Shown here: one piece after another, positions 7,856 through 17,067 of the stretch
Numbering within the stretch: the stretch's first letter is position 1
Layout: every line of letters begins with the position of its first letter
Source of the DNA: an uncultured Phycisphaerales bacterium
GTDB taxonomy: Bacteria > Planctomycetota > Phycisphaerae > Sedimentisphaerales > Anaerobacaceae
Assembly: GCA_963718665.1 (NCBI GenBank)
Contig: OY970359.1
Coordinates: 1,792,001 to 1,856,000, forward strand
Direction of reading: 5' to 3'
DNA length: 64,000 nucleotides
The notes under the pieces: generated by a model
The model's database searches: none
What the model was told of the DNA's origin: nothing
The model's input: the letters and a program-made list of their open reading frames with translations, nothing else
Position numbers and translations under genes: made by a program

Positions 7856-8380
7856 ATGAAAAAGCAAATCATAGGACTATCTGGATATCGTTGTTCCGGC
7901 AAATCGGTGCTGCGACAATTGTTAGTTAAGAATGGATACGATGTATTTGACACAAATTCAGTCCCAACGGGTGACAATGATGCAAACCAAGTATCTTTCG
8001 ATGTTATTGAACGCTATGGAAAAGGTTCCTCCCTCATGTATTTCCTTGAGGATTCTCTAAGAAAATACGTGGAGTCCAGCGGGCGTTTTGTATTCATCGA
8101 TAGCTTCAAGACTTACAAGGATTATGAGGTCGTATCAGAGATGTTTCCAGAAAGCAATGTCGCTATATGGTATGTACACGCTTCATACAAGTTACGAGTT
8201 TCAAGATACAAAGTGAGAGACCTTGACGCAGGTGTACGGTCACAGAAGTTATCAGAGCATGATGATTCGCTTGATAAATTTGGAATGCCAGCATTAATCA
8301 AGCATGCGTCTTATGTTGTGAATATGGACGATGACAAAGACAAGATATTACAGAATGTTTTAAGGCAAATCATGAAATGA
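7856..8380 (+). CDS. P-loop nucleoside-monophosphate/dephospho-CoA-kinase-like protein (UPF0200/AAA-like)
   Basis: IIGLSGYRCSGKS Walker A, FVFIDS Walker B-like and a lid-like R-x2-R-x3-R (RVSRYKVR). Confidence 0.78.
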   Translation: MKKQIIGLSGYRCSGKSVLRQLLVKNGYDVFDTNSVPTGDNDANQVSFDVIERYGKGSSLMYFLEDSLRKYVESSGRFVFIDSFKTYKDYEVVSEMFPESNVAIWYVHASYKLRVSRYKVRDLDAGVRSQKLSEHDDSLDKFGMPALIKHASYVVNMDDDKDKILQNVLRQIMK

Positions 8381-8582
8381 TAATGTCAAAAATATTTCGC
8401 AAATTCTGTGATATACCCTTCATCTGGTCGTAGCCATTAAAATACCAACACCATGGGGATAGTAAGAATTTGCCGTTGAAAAAAGTTTTGGTTTGGGTAG
8501 AATTGGGGGGTAAGCAATTTTCGATTTTCGATTGCCGATTTTGGGATGCGGAGGGGCATTTCCAGAACGATACAAGTGCGTA

Positions 8583-8611
8583 TTGACTCGCGGCATCAAT
8601 TGTTGTATAAA
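8583..8611 (+). promoter_or_regulatory. Putative sigma70-type promoter for nifJ
   Basis: TTGACT-17 nt-TATAAA. Confidence 0.55.
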
Positions 8612-8744
8612 TATCCGTTTTACCGCAGAGACCGCGAGGCACGCAGAGATAAATTTTTGGTTTTTCTGTGTTATTGGCCTTCTCAGCGGCAAAAAAGGGG
8701 TTTTTCTCGCAATAATGATAATCTTTTTGAGAGGTTAGGCAATT

Positions 8745-11700
8745 ATGGCAACGGCAAGACGCATGGTAACGATAGACGGGAATACGGCGGCGGCGCATGT
8801 GGCGCACGCGACGAATGAAGTAATAGCGATATATCCGATAACGCCGAGTTCGCCGATGGGCGAGATTTCGGATGATAAAACAGCCCGGAGCGAACGCAAT
8901 ATATGGGGCACGATTCCGTCGGTAACGGAAATGCAGTCGGAAGGCGGAGCGGCAGGGGCGGTTCACGGCGCTCTGACGGCAGGGGCGCTGACGACGACCT
9001 TTACGGCGTCGCAGGGCCTTCTGCTGATGATACCGGATATGTATAAAATCGCGGGCGAATTGCTGCCCACAGTGTTTCATATAACGGCGAGGTCGCTGGC
9101 GGCGCATGCGTTGTCGATATTCGGCGACCAGGCGGACGTGATGGCGTGCAGGCAGACGGGATGGGGGATGCTTTGCAGCGCCTCTGTGCAGGAGGTAATG
9201 GATTTTGCGTTGATAACTCAGGCGGCGACGCTTGAAAGCCGAGTGCCGTTTTTGCATTTCTTCGACGGGTTCCGCACGAGCCATGAGATTCAGAAGGTCG
9301 AAGAGCTGAGCTATGATGATATGCGGGCGATGATTCCGGATGAGCTGGTTGCGGCGGTGAAGGCGAGGGCGTTGTCGCCTGACAGGCCGATGATTGCGGG
9401 AACGGCGCAGAACCCGGATGTGTATTTCCAGGGCAGGGAGGCGGCGAATAATTTTTATACGGCGACGCCGGCGATTGTGCAGAAGGCGATGGATAAGTTC
9501 GCCAAAATTGTCGGACGGCAGTATCATTTGTTCGATTATGTCGGGGCGGCTGATGCCGAGAAGGTCATCATAATTATGGGTTCGGGCGCGGATACGGCGC
9601 ATGAGACGGTTGAGTATCTTAATTCAAAGGGTCAGAAAATTGGCGTATTAAAAGTACGGCTTTTCAGGCCTTTCAGCGTACAGGATTTCATCAATGCATT
9701 ACCAAAGACCGTGAAGAAAATTGCGGTATTGGACAGGACAAAGGAGCCGGGCGCGCTGGGCGAGCCGTTATATATGGATATTCGCACGGCGGTCGGCGAG
9801 GCGATGGGCAGAAAGCAAAGCCCCTTCAAAGATTACCCGGTGATTGTGGGCGGCAGATACGGGCTTGGCTCGAAGGAATTTACGCCCGCGATGGTCAAGG
9901 CGGTGTTCGATAATCTCGACGCGAAAGAGCCGAAGAATGGTTTTACCGTGGGCATTATCGACGACGTTTCGAATACGAGCTTGGATTTCGATGAGTCGTT
10001 TGTGCTGCCGGCGGAGGGGATTTATACGGCGATGTTCTACGGGCTGGGTTCTGACGGCACGGTCGGCGCGAACCACAACTCGATACAGATTATCGGGCAA
10101 AAAACTGACAACAACGCGCAGGGTTATTTCGTTTACGATTCGAAGAAGGCGGGCGCGATTACGATATCGCATCTGCGGTTCGGCAAAAAGACGATTCGCA
10201 GGCCATACCTGATTACCAAGGCGGATTTCGTCGCGTGCCACAACCCAAGCTTCTTAGAAAAATACGATATGCTCTCGACCGCCAAAGACGGGGCGACGTT
10301 TTTGATGACGAGTATGTACCCGGCGGACAAGGTTTGGGACACGCTGCCTCAGGAAGTGCAAAAGCAGATAATCGACAAGAAACTGAAATTCTACGTTATC
10401 GACGCGATATCGCTCGCCAAGGAAATCGGTCTTGGCGCGAGAATCAATACGATTATGCAGGTGGCGTTCTTCAAAATCAGCAACATCATACCGATTGAGA
10501 AAGCGATTGAGGCAATCAAGGCGGCGATACAGAAGAGCTACGGCAAGAAGGGCGAAAGAATCGTCGCGATGAATAACGCAGCGGTTGACGGTGCATTGGC
10601 GAAGGTCTTTGAGGTCAAGGTGCCGGGCAAGGTTACGAGCAAAACGACCAAGCCGCCGGTTGTGTCGAAGGATGCGCCGAAGTTTGTGCAGGAAGTAACC
10701 GCGGAGATTATGGCGCTGCGAGGGGACAAGCTGCCCATCAGCAAACTGCCGAATGACGGCAAATGGCCGAGCGGGACAACGAAATTCGAGAAACGCAATA
10801 TCGCGGTCGATATACCGGCGTGGGAGCCGTCGCTTTGTATTCAGTGCGGGACATGCTCGCTGGTTTGCCCGCACGGGACGATTCGGCTGAAGGCCTACGA
10901 CAAGAAGTATCTCGACAAGGCGCCGAAAGCATTCAAGAGTGCGGAGGCGAAAGGCAAGGAATTAGCGGGCCTGTCAGCGACTGTTCAGGTGGCCGCTGAG
11001 GATTGCACGGGATGCGGGGCGTGCGTGCAGATGTGCCCGGTGCAGGAAAAGGACGCGAATAAACAGCCAACGGGACGCAAGGCGATTAATATGACTTTGC
11101 AGGAGCCGCTGCGTGTGCAGGAAAGGGAAAACTATAAATATTTCCTGTCGATACCGAATACCGATTCGAAACTGTTCAAACGCGAAAGCGTCAAGGGCAG
11201 CCAGTTAATTATGCCTTTGTTTGAATATTCGGGCGCGTGCGCGGGCTGCGGCGAGACGCCTTATGTGAAACTTTTATCGCAGTTGTTCGGCGACAGGGCG
11301 ATGATAGGCAACGCGACGGGCTGCTCGTCGATTTACGGAGGCAACCTTCCGACGACGCCATACACGACGCGTGAAGACGGTCGCGGCCCGATTTGGAGCA
11401 ACAGCTTGTTCGAGGACAACGCCGAGTTCTCACTCGGTATGCGGCTGACGGTTGAAAAATTCAAACAACAGGCGGTCGAGCTGGTCGATGCGGTCGCCAA
11501 GAAGGGCTGTATCGATGCGGTATTTGCAGGCGAAATAATCGCCGCTGTGGCTGCCAATGACCCATCGCAGGACGCGATTGAGACGCAGCGAGGCCGGGTG
11601 GCGAAACTAAAAGAGCTGTGCAAGAAAAGCAATTGTGCCGAATGCAAACGATTGTTGACGCTGGCGGATTATCTTGTTCGCAAATCGGTGTGGGCGGTCG

Positions 11701-12338
11701 GCGGGGACGGCTGGGCTTATGATATCGGTTACGGCGGGCTCGACCACGTGCTGGCGAACGGCGCGGATATAAACATACTGGTTCTCGATACCGAGGTTTA
11801 CTCGAATACGGGCGGTCAGATGTCGAAATCGACCCCAAGGGGGGCGGTTGCGAAATTTGCCGCGGGCGGAAAGCCGGGGCCGAAGAAAGATATGGGCCTG
11901 CTCGCGATGACCTACGGCAATATCTACGTTGCCAAGGTCGCGTTGGGTGCCAACACAAATCAGGCGGTAAAGGCATTCATCGAGGCCGAAGCATATCCGG
12001 GCCCGTCGTTGATAGTCGCTTATGCCCAGTGCATCAATCACGGCATCGATATGACGATGGGTTACGAGGAGCAGAAAAAAGCGGTGGCCTGCGGGCACTG
12101 GCCGCTGTTCAGGTTTGACCCGCGTCTGAAAGCACAGGGCAAAAACCCGCTGCAGCTTGATTCGAAGGCGCCGACAATCAGGTTCGACGAGTATGCTTAT
12201 AACGAGAACCGTTATAAATCGCTGCTGAAATCGAAACCTGAGGCGGCGGAACGGCTGATGAAACTGGCAAATGGCGACGCGGCGCACCGGTATTCGCTTA
12301 TGGAGCAGCTCGCGAAAATACAGTGCGAAAAAATTTAG
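8745..12338 (+). CDS. nifJ: Pyruvate:ferredoxin (flavodoxin) oxidoreductase
   Basis: IYPITPS, EMQSEGGAAG, two CxxCxxCxxxC ferredoxin motifs, GACAGCGETPY and the TPP motif GGDGWAYDIG. GAGGT RBS. Confidence 0.97.
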   Translation: MATARRMVTIDGNTAAAHVAHATNEVIAIYPITPSSPMGEISDDKTARSERNIWGTIPSVTEMQSEGGAAGAVHGALTAGALTTTFTASQGLLLMIPDMYKIAGELLPTVFHITARSLAAHALSIFGDQADVMACRQTGWGMLCSASVQEVMDFALITQAATLESRVPFLHFFDGFRTSHEIQKVEELSYDDMRAMIPDELVAAVKARALSPDRPMIAGTAQNPDVYFQGREAANNFYTATPAIVQKAMDKFAKIVGRQYHLFDYVGAADAEKVIIIMGSGADTAHETVEYLNSKGQKIGVLKVRLFRPFSVQDFINALPKTVKKIAVLDRTKEPGALGEPLYMDIRTAVGEAMGRKQSPFKDYPVIVGGRYGLGSKEFTPAMVKAVFDNLDAKEPKNGFTVGIIDDVSNTSLDFDESFVLPAEGIYTAMFYGLGSDGTVGANHNSIQIIGQKTDNNAQGYFVYDSKKAGAITISHLRFGKKTIRRPYLITKADFVACHNPSFLEKYDMLSTAKDGATFLMTSMYPADKVWDTLPQEVQKQIIDKKLKFYVIDAISLAKEIGLGARINTIMQVAFFKISNIIPIEKAIEAIKAAIQKSYGKKGERIVAMNNAAVDGALAKVFEVKVPGKVTSKTTKPPVVSKDAPKFVQEVTAEIMALRGDKLPISKLPNDGKWPSGTTKFEKRNIAVDIPAWEPSLCIQCGTCSLVCPHGTIRLKAYDKKYLDKAPKAFKSAEAKGKELAGLSATVQVAAEDCTGCGACVQMCPVQEKDANKQPTGRKAINMTLQEPLRVQERENYKYFLSIPNTDSKLFKRESVKGSQLIMPLFEYSGACAGCGETPYVKLLSQLFGDRAMIGNATGCSSIYGGNLPTTPYTTREDGRGPIWSNSLFEDNAEFSLGMRLTVEKFKQQAVELVDAVAKKGCIDAVFAGEIIAAVAANDPSQDAIETQRGRVAKLKELCKKSNCAECKRLLTLADYLVRKSVWAVGGDGWAYDIGYGGLDHVLANGADINILVLDTEVYSNTGGQMSKSTPRGAVAKFAAGGKPGPKKDMGLLAMTYGNIYVAKVALGANTNQAVKAFIEAEAYPGPSLIVAYAQCINHGIDMTMGYEEQKKAVACGHWPLFRFDPRLKAQGKNPLQLDSKAPTIRFDEYAYNENRYKSLLKSKPEAAERLMKLANGDAAHRYSLMEQLAKIQCEKI

Positions 12339-12405
12339 AATTACGAATGAAGAATTTAGAATTGTTCAGCGTGATTCTTGTTTCTAATTTCTTAATTCTA
12401 AATTC
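12335..12405. repeat. Inverted pair of heptamer arrays (possible hairpin) between nifJ and purQ
   Basis: ttagaat-tacgaat-gaagaat-ttagaat (12335-12362) mirrored by tttctaa-tttctta-attctaa-attc (12381-12405). Confidence 0.7.
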
Positions 12406-12419
12406 AACCGGGGTTTGGT

Positions 12420-13205
12420 ATGAACAACGTTAAAGCAATCGTATTACGGGCGGCGGGGATTAACTGCGACCTTGAGACGCAGAACGCCTTCGAATTGGCC
12501 GGCGCAACAGCGGACCGCGTTCACATAAACAGAATCATCGAGGACAAATCATTGCTCGATGGCTACCAGATACTCGTTGTCCCCGGCGGGTTCAGCTATG
12601 GCGACGACGTCGCGGCGGGCAAAATCTTAGCCAACCAGATAAAACATCACCTCTACGAGCAGGTGCGGAAATTCATAGACGCGGGCAAATTAGTCCTCGG
12701 TATCTGCAACGGCTTCCAGGTCCTCGTAAAAGCCGGCATTTTACCCGGCGACGGACAGGCACAACAATCTATCACCATTACCTATAACGACAGCAACAAA
12801 TACGAAGACAGGTGGGTATATCTTGCTCCTGTAACCGACAGGTGCGTATTTATCGAAAAGGGCAGGCAAATTTACCTTCCCGTTGCCCACGGCGAAGGCA
12901 AGATTGTTACCAAGGACCAGCAAACTCTCGAAAAGCTCAAAGTGGATGGTTTCATCGCTTTCAAATACGTCGATGAAAATGGCAGCGAGGGCGGATACCC
13001 CGTCAATCCAAACGGCTCTTTTGAATCAATTGCCGGGCTAACCGATTCTACCGGGCGAGTCCTCGGCCTTATGCCTCACCCTGAAAGACACGTTAGATTC
13101 ACTCAGCATCCGCGATGGACGAGAGATAAGAAACGAGAAACGAAGGATGGGGACGGCATAACCATTTTCAATAATGCCGTCAAATACGCTCAGGCAAATC
13201 TCTAA
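12420..13205 (+). CDS. purQ: Phosphoribosylformylglycinamidine synthase glutaminase subunit
   Basis: PGGFSYGD, LGICNGFQVL (catalytic Cys), AHGEG, NPNGS and GLMPHPER. Confidence 0.95.
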   Translation: MNNVKAIVLRAAGINCDLETQNAFELAGATADRVHINRIIEDKSLLDGYQILVVPGGFSYGDDVAAGKILANQIKHHLYEQVRKFIDAGKLVLGICNGFQVLVKAGILPGDGQAQQSITITYNDSNKYEDRWVYLAPVTDRCVFIEKGRQIYLPVAHGEGKIVTKDQQTLEKLKVDGFIAFKYVDENGSEGGYPVNPNGSFESIAGLTDSTGRVLGLMPHPERHVRFTQHPRWTRDKKRETKDGDGITIFNNAVKYAQANL

Positions 13206-13211
13206 CGCTAA

Positions 13212-13575
13212 TCAAACCCTTTTTCTTAAAATCACCGCACCGAGGCCGAGCAGCAAAAGCGTGGCCGGTTCGGGAACGTATTCTATAACATAACCTACTG
13301 GTGCATGTGGCGGTCCATAATTAGGAATATCATTCCAAGTTGAAGCCATTGAGTTTGGTGTATGGTTATAGAAAGATAGGAAGTTCTCTATCTCAAAAGC
13401 ATTACTTTGGTTTAAATTCCGCATAGCAAGTATATGTAAAAGGTTCTCCTGTTACCCATTGCCAATTACTAGCAGGTTCAGGACTACCAGTTGGTTGAAA
13501 ACCGCCAAGCCAAGGGCCTACGCTTTCCCTCCTAAACCTGATGTCCCAAAAGTTGGGTATTGCTGCTTGCCACAA
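13212..13575 (-). pseudogene. Truncated, frameshifted C-type-lectin-like PEP-CTERM protein remnant
   Basis: One frame reads GPWLGGFQPTGSPEPASNWQWVTGEPFTYT and stops at 13402-13404. A second frame continues ENFLSF...WND...YVIEY-VPEPATLLLLGLGAVILRKRV. No signal peptide or N-terminus. Confidence 0.7.
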
Positions 13576-13577
13576 TA

Positions 13578-14915
13578 TTATTTTTTGCCCAGAGAACTTA
13601 CATATTTCACCTTCGAACCAATCGCAACCGCCCTGCCGGCAGCCGGACTCTGCCTGGTAACCTTACCTGCATCCACAGTATTGCTGTACTTGGTAGTTAC
13701 GGCGCCAACAACAAGATTGGCGTCAACAATCGCCGTATTTGCATCGCTTGCTGTCATACCCACAACATTCGGCACAATCGGCTTCTTGCCCAGAGATATT
13801 ACGTATTTCACCTTCGAACCAATCGCAACCGCCTTGCCGGCAGCCGGACTCTGCCTGATAACCTTACCTGCATCCACAGTATTGCTGTATTTGGTAGTTA
13901 CGGTGCCAACAACAAGATTGGCATCAACAATCGCCGTATTTGCATCGCTTGCTGTCATACCCACGACATTGGGTACTGTCGGCTTGCCCAAAGAAGACAC
14001 TTTGTAGATTACCGTCGAGCCAATGTTAACCGCTGTACTGCCAGCCGGAATCTGACTGCTAACCAAACCTGCTGCCACAGTTTTGCTGTATTCATTGCCG
14101 CCATTTACGGGCTTCAGACCGACAGATGTGATAGCGGCATTCGCATCAGCCGCTGTCATACCCACAACATTCGGCACAATCGGCCTGCCCAAAGACTCTA
14201 CGTAGCTTACTGCCGAACCAGTCGCAACCACTGTACTGGCAGCAGGATTTTGACTGATAACATTTCCAGCCGCCACAGTATTGCTATATGCTGTGGTTAC
14301 GGTGCCAACCACAAGATTGGCGTCAACAATCGCCATGTTTGCTGCCGCCGCTGTCATACCCACAATATTCGGCACAGTTATCGTCGGCGACGGCGCTGGC
14401 CCCGTCTGGTTAACAGTCACGGTGCTATCAAGGTACATATTTACGCCATCGGTCTCATAGAGCCGCAATGTCTGAGTACCAGCCGCAGTAGCAGTATAAA
14501 CGATGTCGTCAAATATTTGCGTGCCAGCAGCTATCGAGGGCAATACAAACAGGGTTATGCCCCCGACGGTGCCGTCAAGACCTGGAACAAGCGGGAGATC
14601 CATTTGAGAAGCAGGAAATCCTTCGGAAACCATCAGACCGGTTTCCGAAGCAACACCAGGAGAAACTATGCCACTGGTATAGTTAATCGTGCCAAGCGAG
14701 GTCTGACCAACTAATGCCCAGTAGAAGTTATCACCATCACTAGGCCAAGGACCACCCGATATAATGGTAGAACCTACTTCGATACCCAGTGAAAGCGTAC
14801 CGGTACTAGTAATTGTGGTTGCCGAGGTCGCAGCATCACTGACAGTAATCTGCAATGCTGCATTGGCCATCGAGGCCGTCGACAGAACCATCAAAACTAC
14901 TATGAGCCTTTTCAT
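13578..14915 (-). CDS. Exported protein with four C-terminal PASTA domains
   Basis: Signal peptide MKRLIVVLMVLSTASMANA after AAAGGAG. Four repeats of VPNVVGMT..DA..AI..ANL......S.TV.AG.VI.Q.P.AG. The last two copies are near-identical at DNA level (201-nt period). Confidence 0.88.
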   Translation of the reverse strand: MKRLIVVLMVLSTASMANAALQITVSDAATSATTITSTGTLSLGIEVGSTIISGGPWPSDGDNFYWALVGQTSLGTINYTSGIVSPGVASETGLMVSEGFPASQMDLPLVPGLDGTVGGITLFVLPSIAAGTQIFDDIVYTATAAGTQTLRLYETDGVNMYLDSTVTVNQTGPAPSPTITVPNIVGMTAAAANMAIVDANLVVGTVTTAYSNTVAAGNVISQNPAASTVVATGSAVSYVESLGRPIVPNVVGMTAADANAAITSVGLKPVNGGNEYSKTVAAGLVSSQIPAGSTAVNIGSTVIYKVSSLGKPTVPNVVGMTASDANTAIVDANLVVGTVTTKYSNTVDAGKVIRQSPAAGKAVAIGSKVKYVISLGKKPIVPNVVGMTASDANTAIVDANLVVGAVTTKYSNTVDAGKVTRQSPAAGRAVAIGSKVKYVSSLGKK

Positions 14916-15225
14916 TTTTTCTCCTTTCAGAAGTGGGTTTATTATTTTGGAGCGCCCTGCTCGCACCTATTCTGCTTTGTGGAATTGTTTAAAATACCTC
15001 TTCTGCTATGCCTCATTCTCATTTCCTTCTTTGCCTTTTGCCCCCAGCCAAAGGTGATTTTCATTATACCCTTTACAGCCGGACATTCAAGGAAAACACA
15101 GGCAAAGCGTTGCCTTTTAGGCCATTTTCCGCTAATATGGCACTATATTCAGGTTAAAATCGGGACGACCGGTTTGCAATCGGTTAAGCGGTTTGAGTGG
15201 TAAAAGATTTTGGTTCTGTAAGCGG

Positions 15226-17022
15226 TTAATCGGAGCTGTCGAGGATGCTCATAAAGGCATCCTGGGGGATTTGGACGGCGCCGATATTCTTCATGCGCTT
15301 CTTGCCTTCCCTTTGTCTCTTGAGCACCTTCATTTTTCTGGTAACGTCGCCGCCGTAGAGTTTGGCGGTAACGTCTTTTCTGAACGGCTTGATTGATTCT
15401 CTGGCAATGATTTTTCCGCCTATGGCGACCTGAAGCGGAATCTCGAACTGGTGACGCGGTATGGCCTTGCGCAGGCGAACAAGCATTTTACGTCCCCTGT
15501 TTTCCGCGACGCTTCGATGCACAATCAGCGAAAGGGCATCGACGGGGATTTTGTTGACTAAGATATTGATTTTAACTAGGTCGCCGACCTCAAAACCGAT
15601 GAATTCATAATCCATCGTCGCATAGCCGTGGGAAATGCCCTTGAGTAAATCGTAGAAATCGTAAACGATTTCGGCTAACGGCGCCTTGTATTGCATCATC
15701 ACGCGGTTCTGGCTGAGGTAATCCGTTTTAATCAGTTTGCATCGCCTGCTTTCGGACAATTGCATAATTCCGCCGATTGTGTCGGTGGTGGTGATGATTT
15801 CCAGGCGAACATAGGGCTCGCGCAATTCCTCTATCTGGGTTACGTCGGGCAGGTCTGCGGGCGAATCGATTTTCAGCGTCCGGCCATCGGTTGTGAGGAC
15901 TTCATAGCTGACGGTCGGGGCGGTCTGAACGACGTCGATATCGTTTTCGCGTTCTAAGCGTTCCTGGACGATTTCCATATGCAGCAGGCCCAGGAATCCG
16001 CATCGGAAGCCGAAGCCAAGCGCGGGGGAATTTTGCGGTATGAATGAAAAGCTCGCGTCGTTGAGCGCAAGCTTGTCGAAGGCCAAACGCAGGTTTGGAT
16101 AATCTGTATTGTTGCCGGGGTAAAAATCCGAGAAGACCATTTGCATCGGGGGTACATAGCCGGGCAGGGGTTTTTCGGTCGGGCTTGCGTCGTCGGTAAT
16201 CGTGTCGCCTATGGTGATATCGGACAACTGGCGGACGTTGGCGATGACGTAGCCCACCTCGCCGGCGCTTAGCCGCTCAACTGGGGACATCTTAGGCGTG
16301 AACTTTCCAAGCTCCGTGATGAGGTGCGTTCTGCCTGTACCCATAAACCTGATTTTCTGTTTGACGTTAAGCTCACCGGCAAAGACCCTGACATAGCAAA
16401 TAACGCCGCGATAATCGTCACATTCGCTGTCGAAGACAAGTGCGGCTGTCGGCTTATCACTATTATCCGGCGGAGGAGGAAGCAATGTTACTACTGCGTC
16501 GAGCAGCTCGTGGACGCCCATGCCGGTTTTTGCGCTGATGTGGAAACAATCCTGTTTTCTGATTCCCAGGATGTGCTCAATTTCTTCCGCGGTTATATCG
16601 GGCTGCGCCGAGGGCAGGTCAACTTTGTTTATTACGCCGATAATCTCCGCGCCGGCCTCGGTCGCTAAATACGCGTTGGCGACCGTCTGTGCCTGAACGC
16701 CCTGCGTTGCGTCAACAACCAAAAGAGCGCCTTCGCAGGCGGTAAGGGCACGCGAGACCTCGTAATGAAAATCGACGTGGCCCGGTGTGTCGATGAGATT
16801 GAGCATATAGGTTTTTCCGCCGTGCTCGTAATTCATCGTTACCGCGGAGGCCTTGATAGTAATGCCTCGCTCGCGCTCGATATCCATATCGTCAAGAAGC
16901 TGGTCCTTCTTCTCGCGGTCGCTCACCGCGCCGGTGATTTCCATTATGCGGTCGGCCAGCGTGCTTTTGCCGTGGTCGATATGCGCAATTATTGAAAAAT
17001 TTCGTATTAGCTCCGTACTCAT
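15226..17022 (-). CDS. lepA: Elongation factor 4
   Basis: IRNFSIIAHIDHGKSTLADR, RERGITIK, DTPGHVDF, GFRCGFLGLLH and KLYGGDVTRK. Confidence 0.98.
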   Translation of the reverse strand: MSTELIRNFSIIAHIDHGKSTLADRIMEITGAVSDREKKDQLLDDMDIERERGITIKASAVTMNYEHGGKTYMLNLIDTPGHVDFHYEVSRALTACEGALLVVDATQGVQAQTVANAYLATEAGAEIIGVINKVDLPSAQPDITAEEIEHILGIRKQDCFHISAKTGMGVHELLDAVVTLLPPPPDNSDKPTAALVFDSECDDYRGVICYVRVFAGELNVKQKIRFMGTGRTHLITELGKFTPKMSPVERLSAGEVGYVIANVRQLSDITIGDTITDDASPTEKPLPGYVPPMQMVFSDFYPGNNTDYPNLRLAFDKLALNDASFSFIPQNSPALGFGFRCGFLGLLHMEIVQERLERENDIDVVQTAPTVSYEVLTTDGRTLKIDSPADLPDVTQIEELREPYVRLEIITTTDTIGGIMQLSESRRCKLIKTDYLSQNRVMMQYKAPLAEIVYDFYDLLKGISHGYATMDYEFIGFEVGDLVKINILVNKIPVDALSLIVHRSVAENRGRKMLVRLRKAIPRHQFEIPLQVAIGGKIIARESIKPFRKDVTAKLYGGDVTRKMKVLKRQREGKKRMKNIGAVQIPQDAFMSILDSSD

Positions 17023-17067
17023 AAGTTGACCAAGTATAGCATAGGCGGGCAGAAAAAGACACCCCTA

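Noticed and set aside
4393..8380. Calling the island a canonical CBASS/Pycsar system or a prophage/ICE
   Set aside because: No CD-NTase or cyclase motif, and no integrase, tRNA target or phage genes were recognised.
8370..12287. Long minus-strand ORFs (e.g. 410 aa at 8370-9602, 226 aa at 11607-12287)
   Set aside because: Antisense shadows of nifJ, Arg-rich and without motifs.
13459..14714. Repetitive plus-strand ORFs of 182 and 384 aa
   Set aside because: Antisense of the PASTA repeats; their repetitiveness is inherited from the real gene.
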